This document shows, in pieces, positions 19,445 to 29,397 of a stretch of DNA of 51,573 bases. The translations under genes and the position numbers were made by a program. This DNA is from Promethearchaeota archaeon (GTDB taxonomy: Archaea > Asgardarchaeota > Lokiarchaeia > Sigyniarchaeales > SOKP01). The DNA lies in assembly GCA_008080735.1 (NCBI GenBank), contig SHMW01000022.1, forward strand, positions 1 to 51,573, written 5' to 3'. Under the pieces are notes generated by a model, which searched no databases, was not told the DNA's origin, and worked only from the letters and a program-made list of their open reading frames with translations. How positions within the stretch are numbered: position 1 is the first letter of the stretch; the number at the start of each line of letters is the position of its first letter.

Positions 19445-20860
19445 TTATTCAGTTTTCTTAACTCGGGAAATAATTAGTAAACCAATCGCCATTATTATCG
19501 AAACACCAATCAAGGCGAAGCCATAAGCATCTGGACCTATAATATCTTTAGTTGTTAGGATTAATCCAAATACTAAAGGCCCTACGGATGAAGAAATTTT
19601 CCCGCTAAGCTTTGAAAAACCAAAATATTCGCCAAATTTCTCTGGTGGAGCAAGTTCTGTCACCATAATACGTTGAGAGACCCATGTACCCCCTAAGGCT
19701 GGCCCTGCCACTATGCCCATCACAAGACTTAATATAAATGGTGGGTTTAATCCAATATCTATAGACGGCAATGAGAAAATTAGGATAATACCAATCAATA
19801 GAGAAATTGACCAAAGTATTCCAGTTAAGAAAAATGTATTTTTCCCCCCATACTTATTTCCAAATTTTCCAATAGGATATGTCAAAAGAACCGCAGAGAC
19901 CGTAGATATTACTATAAATATAAGGGCAAAAGTTCCACTTCCTACTCCGCCTGTACCAATGATTAGACCATCAGTTACTAAAGGGTTCATATAGAGAACT
20001 AAAACATTAGCAATATCTGCAAAAAAGAAATAACCAATAATAAAAACAAACATTGGTTTATGCTTACGTATATCCTTGAAAGTTCCTTTTACTTGTTTGA
20101 ATGAGCCTTTTATTAACCTCCCAATTGGAGGAAGTTTCCCTTTTTTCTGTTTCTCCTTCACGAATAGAAATGGTATCGTAAAAACTAAAAACAATAGCAT
20201 TGGCATTACAAAACTAATCCAATAATCTGTATAGCCATAAGCAATACTACCTTGGGTAGGATCGGAGGTCATATCATCCCAAATTAGGATTAAGGGATAT
20301 AATGCAAATAAAGCAATAATCGTTCCCAAGTATCCCCATGCAACACCGAAACCCGAAACTTTTCCTATATCCTCCTTTTTGGCTATAAAGGGAAGCATTG
20401 CATCATAAAATGCTAAACTAAATTGATATGATACATTCGCTATAATATAGAAAGTAAAAACGAGTGCTAAGTTATGGGTAAACCCTAAAAGACTCGAAAA
20501 TAAAAGAATTAATCCCGTAAGACTAATAACAAAGGGTTTTCTTTTTCCCGCAGCATCACTAAATGCGCCAACAACTGGTATTATAATAGCTACTCCAATC
20601 TGCATAATACTACTAACCAATCCATAGATAAGACTTGTCTCACCATAAGTTAATCCGTTTTCCAGTTGGCCAATAACGAGTATGTATCTATTAATTATCA
20701 GGCTTACTATAACCATACTATATATAGTGTTTGCTAAATCATACATAGCCCAAAAAAATACATTTCGTTTAGAGGTTTCAGTTTCAAATTCTACCCTCTC
20801 TTCACCTGTGATTGCGGCTAATGGTTTAATTTCTCGTTCTTTTTCTGAATTGTCAGACAT
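19445..20860 (-). CDS. MFS transporter, UMF1/Atg22-like
   Basis: WAMYDLAN, FYDAMLP, GKVSGFGVAWGYLG, GEYFGF; about 12 TM. Confidence 0.88.
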   Translation of the reverse strand: MSDNSEKEREIKPLAAITGEERVEFETETSKRNVFFWAMYDLANTIYSMVIVSLIINRYILVIGQLENGLTYGETSLIYGLVSSIMQIGVAIIIPVVGAFSDAAGKRKPFVISLTGLILLFSSLLGFTHNLALVFTFYIIANVSYQFSLAFYDAMLPFIAKKEDIGKVSGFGVAWGYLGTIIALFALYPLILIWDDMTSDPTQGSIAYGYTDYWISFVMPMLLFLVFTIPFLFVKEKQKKGKLPPIGRLIKGSFKQVKGTFKDIRKHKPMFVFIIGYFFFADIANVLVLYMNPLVTDGLIIGTGGVGSGTFALIFIVISTVSAVLLTYPIGKFGNKYGGKNTFFLTGILWSISLLIGIILIFSLPSIDIGLNPPFILSLVMGIVAGPALGGTWVSQRIMVTELAPPEKFGEYFGFSKLSGKISSSVGPLVFGLILTTKDIIGPDAYGFALIGVSIIMAIGLLIISRVKKTE

Positions 20861-21160
20861 GTATTAATTTACCTTTTTTATAATTATGTGTGATATTGGT
20901 TGATAATCTTATATAGTTTACTTTAAGATTCTATATATTCAATATATCCACATACTATATAAAAATAGCTAAAACCAAGGATTTCTTCTTGTATTATTAA
21001 GATGTTTGAAAGAAGTTGTTCTCTTTGAAGTATAATAAGACAATCCAATAATCTCTTCAAAGATAAGAAATATAGCAATTAGAGATGTGAATTCTTTAAA
21101 AAAACTAGTATAGGCTTAAACTCTTGTAGAAAGAATCTAAGATCTCAAAAATAGAAATTT

Positions 21161-21532
21161 CTATTTTTCAGATAAATATCGATTAATGGTTTCCTTAAAT
21201 TTTTTGACTCGAATAGGTTTCTCTATATATTCATCAAACCCCGCCGCGAGGATGCGCTCTTCATCTCCTTTCATAGCGTAGGCAGTTACGGCGATTATAG
21301 GTACGTGTTGAAATCGCTCGATTTTTCTTAATTCTTTACAGATTTCTATTCCATTTATCTTTGGCAATCGAATGTCTAAAATGATCAAATCTGGATTACC
21401 ATTTTTAATTAGTTCGAGGCCAGAATCTCCTTCTTCTCCAGTAAAGAGAGATACCTCTGGGAATTTATTCAAAATTGCTCTAAATAACTTCATATTTTTT
21501 GAATCATCCTCTACAATATAGACATTCTTCAT
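21161..21532 (-). CDS. Single-domain response regulator (DivK/CheY-like)
   Basis: IVEDD, LIILDIRLP, AVTAYAMKGD, EKP. Confidence 0.93.
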   Translation of the reverse strand: MKNVYIVEDDSKNMKLFRAILNKFPEVSLFTGEEGDSGLELIKNGNPDLIILDIRLPKINGIEICKELRKIERFQHVPIIAVTAYAMKGDEERILAAGFDEYIEKPIRVKKFKETINRYLSEK

Positions 21533-21764
21533 TGGTTTAGATTTAACTACCTTTTTTATTGAATATAAATTGCCTTAAGTTATAATAAATTTTCAAAATA
21601 TAATACACTTGATATTTTATCTTAAAGATTCTTTCAGACGTGAAAATAAAGATTTCAGCACTAATATTTCTTTTTGCTTCTTACTAAAATTTTAAAATAT
21701 ATAAACTAACTTTTTATGTCTCCCATAGTTAATTTTCACAATATAATGGTATGATTCCTAAAAA

Positions 21765-23507
21765 ATGAGTGATAAGGAAGATTTAAAACAAAAAGTAAGA
21801 GGTGGATATGGAATCGCGAGATTCTTAAAGGAATACGGTGTCGAACATGTATTCGGGATACCGGACGGGCATACACTAGGATTTTATGATGGTATACTAC
21901 GAACAGACGGAATTGAACATATATTACTTAATGATGAAAGGAATGCTGCATTTGCAGCCGACGCTTACGCCCGAATCTCAGGAATGCTAGGAGTATGCGA
22001 TGCGGGTGCCGCGGGTTCGATGAATTTTCCTGTGGCACTTTCCGAAGCGAATGGAGCGGGAAGTCCCGTATTAGCGATAGTCGGATTGATAAAATCGAAA
22101 GAAATGCTTAAGAATATACCACATGACATCAATGTTGAAGATACTTTAAAACCACTAACTAAATGGTCGGGAAAAGTCCTCGACTCCGAATATTTACCAC
22201 GTTTTTTGAGATTTAGTCTTAAACAAGCTATAAATGGACGACCAGGTCCAGTAGCGCTAAGTATTGCTGAAGATATCATCTCTTCAAAAGATATAAGGTT
22301 AAAATATTATGTCCCACGGGAAAGAGGATCATGCGCGATAAATAGTTGTCGTCCCTCTGCGGCAGAAAACGAAGTAGACCGAGCGGTAAAACGGATCCGA
22401 AATGCTTCCCAACCGGCGATATTTTCGGGAGGGGAGGCAGTCACATCCGGCGCATTCCAAGAAGTCAAAGAATTAAGTAGGATGCTAGAGTGTCCCGTGT
22501 TTTCAACAATTCTAGGTAAAGGAATAATGAAAAGTAGCGATGAATATTATTTCGATACCGTCGGACTTTTTGGAGAAAAACCTAACCATAAATTCATCCG
22601 AAAAAGGTGTGATCTACTTATAGTTGTAGGGAATAGATTGACTGAGGATGATACAGCGAACTTCAAAGTACCCACTAAGGCAACTAAAATGGTACAAATT
22701 GATATCGATCCCGCTCAAATTGGGCTCTCTTATAATCCATGTGGTGTAGTGGGAGATCCAAAAGGAGTTCTCTATTCCATTATTTCGAAACTAAAAAAGA
22801 GAGGGATAAGCACCAGTGAAAATACACAGGAGATTTTAAGCACCCGAAAAGAAAATATGAGTGAATTAAGAACGGATTTAGAGGATTATCGAAAGGAAGA
22901 CAGAAAGCAATGGATAGATGCAGAGCCTATTAAACCACAACGAGTTTTAAAAGCAATTTCAGATAATTTGGGAGAAAAAGACTATTTGATTACTGATGCG
23001 AGTTCTAGTGCACGATGGATTGGAGCTTATTATCCGGTTAAGAGTATAGGGAGGAAAATAGTCACTCCGCGTGGGGTTGGTCCTACGGGTTTTGGAGTCG
23101 GTGCGTTGATCGGTACATCAATCTATGTTGATGCATTTTCGTCTTCAGAGACTAAACCGAAAAAAGTATTATTTACTGGCGATGGTGGGTTAATGAACGG
23201 GGGTATAAATGAGTTTGAGACCCTTAAAAAATTAGATTTGGATTGTACGATCGTGGTGATAAATAACAGTGCCTTAGGATTCGTCAAGTTTGGACAAGCA
23301 ATGTTGTATAAAAAACGATATTATCAAACTGATCGACCAAATACGAACTTTGCCAAATTAGCAGAAGCGTACGGAGGGACGGGTGTTCGGGTAGAAAAGT
23401 TACAAGATTTAGATGGAAAAATTAAAAATGCAATTGAATCCGAAGGCTTTAATCTTGTCGATGTAGTAATAGACCCTTGGGAATTACTTCCACCAAATAA
23501 TTATTAA
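21765..23507 (+). CDS. Thiamine diphosphate-dependent enzyme (acetolactate synthase-like family)
   Basis: HVFGIPD, DERNAAFAADAYAR, GRPGPV, GDGG...NN ThDP-binding motif. Confidence 0.9.
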   Translation: MSDKEDLKQKVRGGYGIARFLKEYGVEHVFGIPDGHTLGFYDGILRTDGIEHILLNDERNAAFAADAYARISGMLGVCDAGAAGSMNFPVALSEANGAGSPVLAIVGLIKSKEMLKNIPHDINVEDTLKPLTKWSGKVLDSEYLPRFLRFSLKQAINGRPGPVALSIAEDIISSKDIRLKYYVPRERGSCAINSCRPSAAENEVDRAVKRIRNASQPAIFSGGEAVTSGAFQEVKELSRMLECPVFSTILGKGIMKSSDEYYFDTVGLFGEKPNHKFIRKRCDLLIVVGNRLTEDDTANFKVPTKATKMVQIDIDPAQIGLSYNPCGVVGDPKGVLYSIISKLKKRGISTSENTQEILSTRKENMSELRTDLEDYRKEDRKQWIDAEPIKPQRVLKAISDNLGEKDYLITDASSSARWIGAYYPVKSIGRKIVTPRGVGPTGFGVGALIGTSIYVDAFSSSETKPKKVLFTGDGGLMNGGINEFETLKKLDLDCTIVVINNSALGFVKFGQAMLYKKRYYQTDRPNTNFAKLAEAYGGTGVRVEKLQDLDGKIKNAIESEGFNLVDVVIDPWELLPPNNY

Positions 23508-23526
23508 AATTGTAATTCATAACTCT

Positions 23527-24108
23527 CTATTTTTTCAGTAAGAGTATAGTCACGATTCCGTTCTTATACTCCATTTTAAGATTGTTCAGACTGCAATTAT
23601 AGGGTAAGGGAATTTCTTTAAAATAATTTCTATTTTCATTTTGAGCATTAAATAATAGTGTGGATCCCGCATCATCCAATTCGATAGAGATTTCCCCAAA
23701 AATAACTCCTGGCACTTCTAACAGTATTTCAAGTCCATCCTCTTTTTCAGTTATTTCACTTGTCGGGTCTGTAAAAAATATTGAATTCCGAGTGAAATCT
23801 GGCTCGAGAGAGATATTTTTTGCGTCTAAAACCTTTTTAGGTTCTTCAAAAGGAGAGGTAAATTGTCCAAAAAATTCCTTCATGATGTCCTTATTAAAAT
23901 CCCCTTCCACTCGGATATCTGGTTTATCCATTCCCGTTTCATAGAAATATGAGATCTCAAAACTCTTTTTCTTATCTCTCTCATCTTCCTCATCTTGAGA
24001 ATTAAAATAGTCTATTAAAAAATTATCAAAAGGATCGGAGTTCATATTGAAAAACCGTTTAATCTCATCAATAAAATCATCAAAATAATCATCATCAAAA
24101 AAATCCAT
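23527..24108 (-). CDS. Small heat-shock protein (Hsp20/alpha-crystallin)
   Basis: F/D-rich N-terminus; LEVPGV, YFKEIPLP, YKNGIVTILL. Confidence 0.8.
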   Translation of the reverse strand: MDFFDDDYFDDFIDEIKRFFNMNSDPFDNFLIDYFNSQDEEDERDKKKSFEISYFYETGMDKPDIRVEGDFNKDIMKEFFGQFTSPFEEPKKVLDAKNISLEPDFTRNSIFFTDPTSEITEKEDGLEILLEVPGVIFGEISIELDDAGSTLLFNAQNENRNYFKEIPLPYNCSLNNLKMEYKNGIVTILLLKK

Positions 24109-24289
24109 CTTAATACTTACTCTCCAAGTGCTTATATGACTTTATCTTAAATTTATTTTAATGTATTAATTTAAGGATAAAAATTTGATGAAAAACCGAA
24201 ATCACCGATATTGACGATTTTGGGTGTATAAATTAAAAATTTCATCTTAAAAATAATTAATGAACTTAGAAAAAGATTGAATTAAAATC

Positions 24290-24706
24290 TTAAAAATTGA
24301 AATCGCTCTGCCATTTTTTATAGCCTAATTTCCAGAGTTTTAAACGAGCTTTGTCAATCTTGTTATCTATTTGTAGACCAGGTTTGGGATTTTCCATAAC
24401 ATGTTTATAACGTGAATAATATTCATCCGCATCTGGAGAATCTTCGATCAAATTCAGTATTGCCCTTTCAGTAAAATATAGTATGAGATCAGGTTCTATT
24501 CCTGGGTCTTCTTTTGTCATTTTTAATGAATCTTCTGAATCTTTAAATAGAAAATAATGCAATTTCTGCTTGTCTTCTTCGATGGAATCTTCGAAAATGA
24601 AATATTCCCAACATGCTCTCACATCTAAATGCCTCATTAAATCTAAGGTATTGGGAAAATATTCTGCTAGTTCATTATAAAGTTTATCTGGCTCCATTTT
24701 TGGCAA
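24290..24706 (-). CDS. Small protein, probable SCP2-like lipid-binding fold; paralogous to the C-terminal domain of 26258..27898
   Basis: EPDLILYFTERAILNLI and LWKLGYKKW align by eye with DADLELALSKEAVNQLI and LINMGYGRF of the Fe-S protein. Confidence 0.6.
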   Translation of the reverse strand: MPKMEPDKLYNELAEYFPNTLDLMRHLDVRACWEYFIFEDSIEEDKQKLHYFLFKDSEDSLKMTKEDPGIEPDLILYFTERAILNLIEDSPDADEYYSRYKHVMENPKPGLQIDNKIDKARLKLWKLGYKKWQSDFNF

Positions 24707-24709
24707 TTA

Positions 24710-26203
24710 TTATTTGATTTTATCCAAATTTACGGGCGTTTGATCATTTAAATATTTCTGATAAACAAGTTCTTGGGGATAATACTTAGCTCCTGGGGGG
24801 TAAGCACTGTCTTTAATACCACCCAAGGCTACTGTTATATCCGTTAACATCGGTTTTGCATTAATATAAATATTTGCAGCTTCTAATCTTCTTTTAAACT
24901 CTTCGTTTTTATCTAAATCGGCGCAATACACTGCTGCCCGCATCCCATAGTTACTTGCGTTTGCCAGTCGGATTGCATCATCCATATCATCCGCCTTTGT
25001 TACTGAACGAACTGGTCCAAATGCTTCTTCTCTCCACAGGAAGGGTGCTTTACTTAAATCCTCACATAATTCGGGTTTAATTTCTACTAATGTTGGTTTA
25101 TAGAAAAGACCATAATCTTCCCCCGTATCTACTTTTTCCCCTCCCGTATATATCTTTGCATCATATTTTTTCGCATCAGCAACCATCACCTCCATCATCA
25201 TTAAAATTTTTCTACTTCCCAATGGACCAATATCTACTGTTGGGTCAGTTGGATCTCCATACTTAAGTTTCTCCATTTCATTAACTAAGCATTCAATATA
25301 GTCGTCGTAGATGTCCTTATGTACTATGATACGTTTCATAGAAAAACATTGTTGTCCAGAATTCGTATAACTTGCGTCAGCATTCCATTTCGCCACTTGT
25401 TCGAGATTCACATCGTCCATGATAATACCCGCGTCATTTCCAGCGCATTCAAAGACAAATTTTTTGAATGGCATTGTATACATGGGCACACCCATAGATT
25501 TGTCCACGGATTTTTTAAGCATTTTGGCATAGCTCACTAAAATATCTTTAGCGGTATGGGAGGAGCTTATCGAGAGAAACACCTTGATAAGGTCATTTTT
25601 AATAAATTCATCCACCGCCCATCTTCCTGGAGCAATCGCAATATTTAACGCATCAATACCCGGAACTTCGGCATCTTCCATCATATTATATGCTTCTAAC
25701 ATGGTTAACGGACAAGCTGTAGACGGTTTCACTATTGCTCCATTACCTACCAAATAATTAGCCCCCAATTGATATAGGGGTAAACTTAAAGGGGTATTTC
25801 TGGGAGCCACACATGCCGCAAGACCCTGCGGAATATGCCGTATTTTGACAAAGTCCTCTCCTTCGATGCTGGTGAGTGTTTTTTCTTCAATAAATTGATA
25901 GTACCATTCACAAAATTTGAAACCATTCGATACTATCGCAATTTCCCAATCGGAATATTTGATTGGAAGCCCTCCTTCAGCAACGATAAGGTCTTTGAGT
26001 TCCTTTTTCTTAAATCGTAGTCGGGTAGCAAATTTTGATAATATTTTGGCTCGTTCATGGAAATCCATCTCTTTTATTTTATCTTGATTTCGATGGATCG
26101 TCTTTATTTTCGATTGTAGAGTTTCAGGGGTATCAGAAGGTATTCTGTCAATTATTTCCCCTGTATATTTATTTTTGATTTCTAATTCTTGACTTTTTGA
26201 CAT
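24710..26203 (-). CDS. Aldehyde dehydrogenase family protein (divergent)
   Basis: PRNTP, VKPS, FECAGND (catalytic Glu), SGQQC (catalytic Cys), EEAFGP, ANASNYG. Confidence 0.92.
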   Translation of the reverse strand: MSKSQELEIKNKYTGEIIDRIPSDTPETLQSKIKTIHRNQDKIKEMDFHERAKILSKFATRLRFKKKELKDLIVAEGGLPIKYSDWEIAIVSNGFKFCEWYYQFIEEKTLTSIEGEDFVKIRHIPQGLAACVAPRNTPLSLPLYQLGANYLVGNGAIVKPSTACPLTMLEAYNMMEDAEVPGIDALNIAIAPGRWAVDEFIKNDLIKVFLSISSSHTAKDILVSYAKMLKKSVDKSMGVPMYTMPFKKFVFECAGNDAGIIMDDVNLEQVAKWNADASYTNSGQQCFSMKRIIVHKDIYDDYIECLVNEMEKLKYGDPTDPTVDIGPLGSRKILMMMEVMVADAKKYDAKIYTGGEKVDTGEDYGLFYKPTLVEIKPELCEDLSKAPFLWREEAFGPVRSVTKADDMDDAIRLANASNYGMRAAVYCADLDKNEEFKRRLEAANIYINAKPMLTDITVALGGIKDSAYPPGAKYYPQELVYQKYLNDQTPVNLDKIK

Positions 26204-26257
26204 AGTTATTTACTCTTAATTACATATTAAAAATTCATAAATTAGGTTAAAAAAATA

Positions 26258-27898
26258 TTATAAAGCATCTTCCTCGTCTTCCAGGATACCAGCAGATTCG
26301 GCGAATCTACCGTAACCCATATTAATAAGGGTCTTTGTTCGTTTATGTAAGAGGAAATCTATCCATCCACCGTCCATTTCAGGTTCATTGTAAAACTCCC
26401 CAAATAGGGACGCATAAGCGCTCTTATTATCTGTTTGAATCAATTGGTTGACAGCTTCTTTAGAAAGTGCCAATTCTAAATCCGCATCATCCGCTTTTCC
26501 CGCAATGATTTCAATACCCTCGTTCTTGCGTAGGACATGAAATATATCCATGGGGTTCTCCTCATCAAAATCGTCAAATGAATCATAGATCGCAAAGTTC
26601 ATATCGGACCCTTCAATCAAATCAGAGAAGATTTCGGGATATTCTCCCAAATATACCATATAGTTTTGGACTAATTCTGATTGTACGCCCGTTTTATCTA
26701 GTACTTCGCTCGAGAGTTCTTTTTGGAATGCATTAGTAAGCAGCTCAGTAATATCAACAATTTTAAATCCGTTTGAATTTTCTGGGATCCCATCCTTCAG
26801 ATTTCTTTCACAGAAAGGGCATGCTGATACCAAGATATCTATAGATTTATTTATCGCTTCATTATTGCGATTTTGCGCTACTTGGACGGCTAATTCCGGA
26901 TTGGAAGATTTAACTCCGCCCCCGGCTCCACAGCAATGGCTATAATTTCTCAAGGCATCGAGTTCAATGAAGGTCGAGTTGTCTATGAGGCGCAATAAGG
27001 TTCTCGGAGCTTCATACACGCCCGCATGTCTCCCGAGATGACAAGGATCGTGAAAAGCGATTTTTCTATGATTTTGTAGTTTAAACGCATATGGATGTTC
27101 TTTTAAAAAATCTTCTAAAAATTCAGTGAGATGATAAAATTCAAGATCCGTGTTGTTAAAATCTTGATAGTCTAGTTTAAACGTTCGATAACATCCAGAA
27201 CATGGAAAGATAATCTTTTTAATATCCTTCTCCTGGAGCTGTTCAAGATTTGCTCTTCCAATATCTTCAAACTCTTTTTCATAACCATAGCGCTTTAGGA
27301 TGGAACCGCAACAAGGTTCATCTTTTAAAATAACAAAATTTACTCCCAAATTTTTTAACAATTCCACTGCCGCCAGGGCAATTTCTTGTTGACGATACGA
27401 TGAAGTACATCCAAGATAAAGAATATAGTCGCCTTCTTTAGTATCCAATGCTCCATTGAGAAAGTCAAATCGAGTAGCTTTTGGTTCATTGTATGGGTTT
27501 TGATTTTTTATGATACTCTGCAGTATTTTTTCATGTTTCTCGAGTCTATAATTATTTTCTACTAAGTCATGGCGTAAAGCTTCCATTAATAAAGGAGTAT
27601 CTATACCACCTTCGATTGCTAAGCAAGTCTCCCGACAGCTACCACATTCCGTACACGTGTAAGCCCATTCTAAGAATTTATCAGTAATCTTAAAATTATT
27701 TTCTAATAAACGCTTCATTATAAGAATACGCCCTCTGGCATCATATGCTTCGAAACCAAGGACATTCTTAATCGGACAAGGCTCACTTACATGTCGTTTG
27801 GCTGTAGAAATTTGGGTACCCGTGGTTCCGCAATCTCCACATTTACCGCAAATTTGGATTAATTCCGAATGTTTTCTTAAATCTGAAAAATTTACCAT
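26258..27898 (-). CDS. GlcF/HdrD-like Fe-S oxidoreductase subunit (2x 4Fe-4S + 2 CCG domains) with extra C-terminal SCP2-like domain
   Basis: CGKCGDC...CP, CTECGSC...C, PCCG, CSGC, HDPCHLGR, CCGAGGG, CPFC; about 150-aa extension; GGTGA SD before ATG 27898. Confidence 0.88.
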   Translation of the reverse strand: MVNFSDLRKHSELIQICGKCGDCGTTGTQISTAKRHVSEPCPIKNVLGFEAYDARGRILIMKRLLENNFKITDKFLEWAYTCTECGSCRETCLAIEGGIDTPLLMEALRHDLVENNYRLEKHEKILQSIIKNQNPYNEPKATRFDFLNGALDTKEGDYILYLGCTSSYRQQEIALAAVELLKNLGVNFVILKDEPCCGSILKRYGYEKEFEDIGRANLEQLQEKDIKKIIFPCSGCYRTFKLDYQDFNNTDLEFYHLTEFLEDFLKEHPYAFKLQNHRKIAFHDPCHLGRHAGVYEAPRTLLRLIDNSTFIELDALRNYSHCCGAGGGVKSSNPELAVQVAQNRNNEAINKSIDILVSACPFCERNLKDGIPENSNGFKIVDITELLTNAFQKELSSEVLDKTGVQSELVQNYMVYLGEYPEIFSDLIEGSDMNFAIYDSFDDFDEENPMDIFHVLRKNEGIEIIAGKADDADLELALSKEAVNQLIQTDNKSAYASLFGEFYNEPEMDGGWIDFLLHKRTKTLINMGYGRFAESAGILEDEEDAL

Positions 27899-27910
27899 AA
27901 GTATCACCAA

Positions 27911-29308
27911 TTATAGTTCAAATGTATTAGGATTAATTATGTTCAATGGATCTAATGTATTTTTCAATTTTTTAAGCATATTGTAAAAGGTAGGATTTAC
28001 ACGCTTAAGTGCATATGGCTCCCATAGTTTTCCTGTCCAATAAGGGACTCCATCAAGTTCCATTTCTGCTTCTCTCAATTCGTCCCATACATCATATATA
28101 ATATCCTTTTTTAGATCATCCTTCATGTACATAGTAATCCATCCCGATGTGAAGCAATGATCAACCCCTAAAGCAGAAATAATCCAATTAAATCCATTTT
28201 CTTTAAGTTTATATTTATCCGCGAGTTGATGGAACTTGTCAATCAATCGTGGTAATGTTGAGATAGGTCGAATATGACATGTATTATACCAGAAACCTTC
28301 TTCGAAGAGAGATTGTACAAGATTGAACATATTTAACCAATGCGCCTTAGATAAAAACATCCCAATTGATTTACCCCCATGTTTGCGCACTATTTTTTCA
28401 CATAGTTCCTTTTTATGTTGGGCAAGCTTCTCATCAGCCTCTTCTACAATAATTGCCAAAATACATTCCGTATTTTCAAAGGTTGAGAGGTAGCTTGAAG
28501 CTAATAAATCTATGGAGTTCCTATCCCCTAGCATCACCGCCTCTTCTACTAAATGTGATTTTTGAATTTCATGGAAAGCTTTGGATGCTTTTTCGATACT
28601 TGAAAATCCAAAATCAGAATATGCCTCTCCTTTCGGCAAGGGAAATATTTTTAGGGTGGCAGCGGTTTTAATTCCGAGCGTCCCATGATCACCGAGAAAA
28701 ACCCCCGTCATATCATTAAAAGTACAATATCGGGCAAAAGTGCCATCCATATCAATAGATTTATTTCTCCATCCCGAACCCGTTTTAAGAATTTCCCCAG
28801 AACTAAGCACTACTTCTAACCCTATAACATTATCACATACTCCTCCGTGAGCAGAAGCTCCACAACCAATACTATTTGCGCTGAGAGAACCTCCAACAGT
28901 GCCTGCATTTCCACCATATGGACCTCGAAAACCTAATTTAAATCCTTTCCCTTTGAGGTGATGGATTAATCCCGACCAGGTAATTCCCGTCTGGACGGTC
29001 ACTATCATTGTGTCCTCATTGATTTCGATGATATCCGTCATTCCCGTGAGATCTATCATAATGGCGTTCGGTACTCGAGGAATTGTGGAGCCGTTAATAG
29101 AACTTCTTCCCCCAACAGGGATTACGGGAATTTTTAACTCCGTTGCCAGATTCATAATTTCAGAAATCTGATGGGTTGATTGGGGTCTTACAACTACTTG
29201 AGGCAGAGTCCCCTCATACGGAGATGCATCTTCAGAATATGAGATAAGTACGAATTCCTCTGATGAGACGTTTTGTTTTCCCACAATCTTGCTTAATTCT
29301 AATTCCAA
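27911..29308 (-). CDS. FAD-binding oxidoreductase (VAO/PCMH - GlcD/Dld superfamily)
   Basis: VVVRP, PVGGRSS, TVGGSLSAN, VIGLEVVL, GDHGTLGI, LDPLNIINP; start uncertain (TTG). Confidence 0.9.
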   Translation of the reverse strand: MELELSKIVGKQNVSSEEFVLISYSEDASPYEGTLPQVVVRPQSTHQISEIMNLATELKIPVIPVGGRSSINGSTIPRVPNAIMIDLTGMTDIIEINEDTMIVTVQTGITWSGLIHHLKGKGFKLGFRGPYGGNAGTVGGSLSANSIGCGASAHGGVCDNVIGLEVVLSSGEILKTGSGWRNKSIDMDGTFARYCTFNDMTGVFLGDHGTLGIKTAATLKIFPLPKGEAYSDFGFSSIEKASKAFHEIQKSHLVEEAVMLGDRNSIDLLASSYLSTFENTECILAIIVEEADEKLAQHKKELCEKIVRKHGGKSIGMFLSKAHWLNMFNLVQSLFEEGFWYNTCHIRPISTLPRLIDKFHQLADKYKLKENGFNWIISALGVDHCFTSGWITMYMKDDLKKDIIYDVWDELREAEMELDGVPYWTGKLWEPYALKRVNPTFYNMLKKLKNTLDPLNIINPNTFEL

Positions 29309-29397
29309 ATCTTCATTTAATTCGTAAATTGTAATGTCAATACACCTATATTTTCTCTATTTTAATGTGATTTTGATGATTGTAAGTGAAATTTTCT

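Noticed and set aside
20926-21078. About 50-codon TTG-started minus-strand ORF in the MFS/response-regulator gap
   Set aside because: Short, no recognisable motif or RBS; compatible with chance
21765-23507. ThDP enzyme as ilvB, or as a 2-hydroxyacyl-CoA lyase belonging to the lipid cluster
   Set aside because: No ilv neighbours; it is on the opposite strand and separated by Hsp20; no diagnostic motif for either assignment
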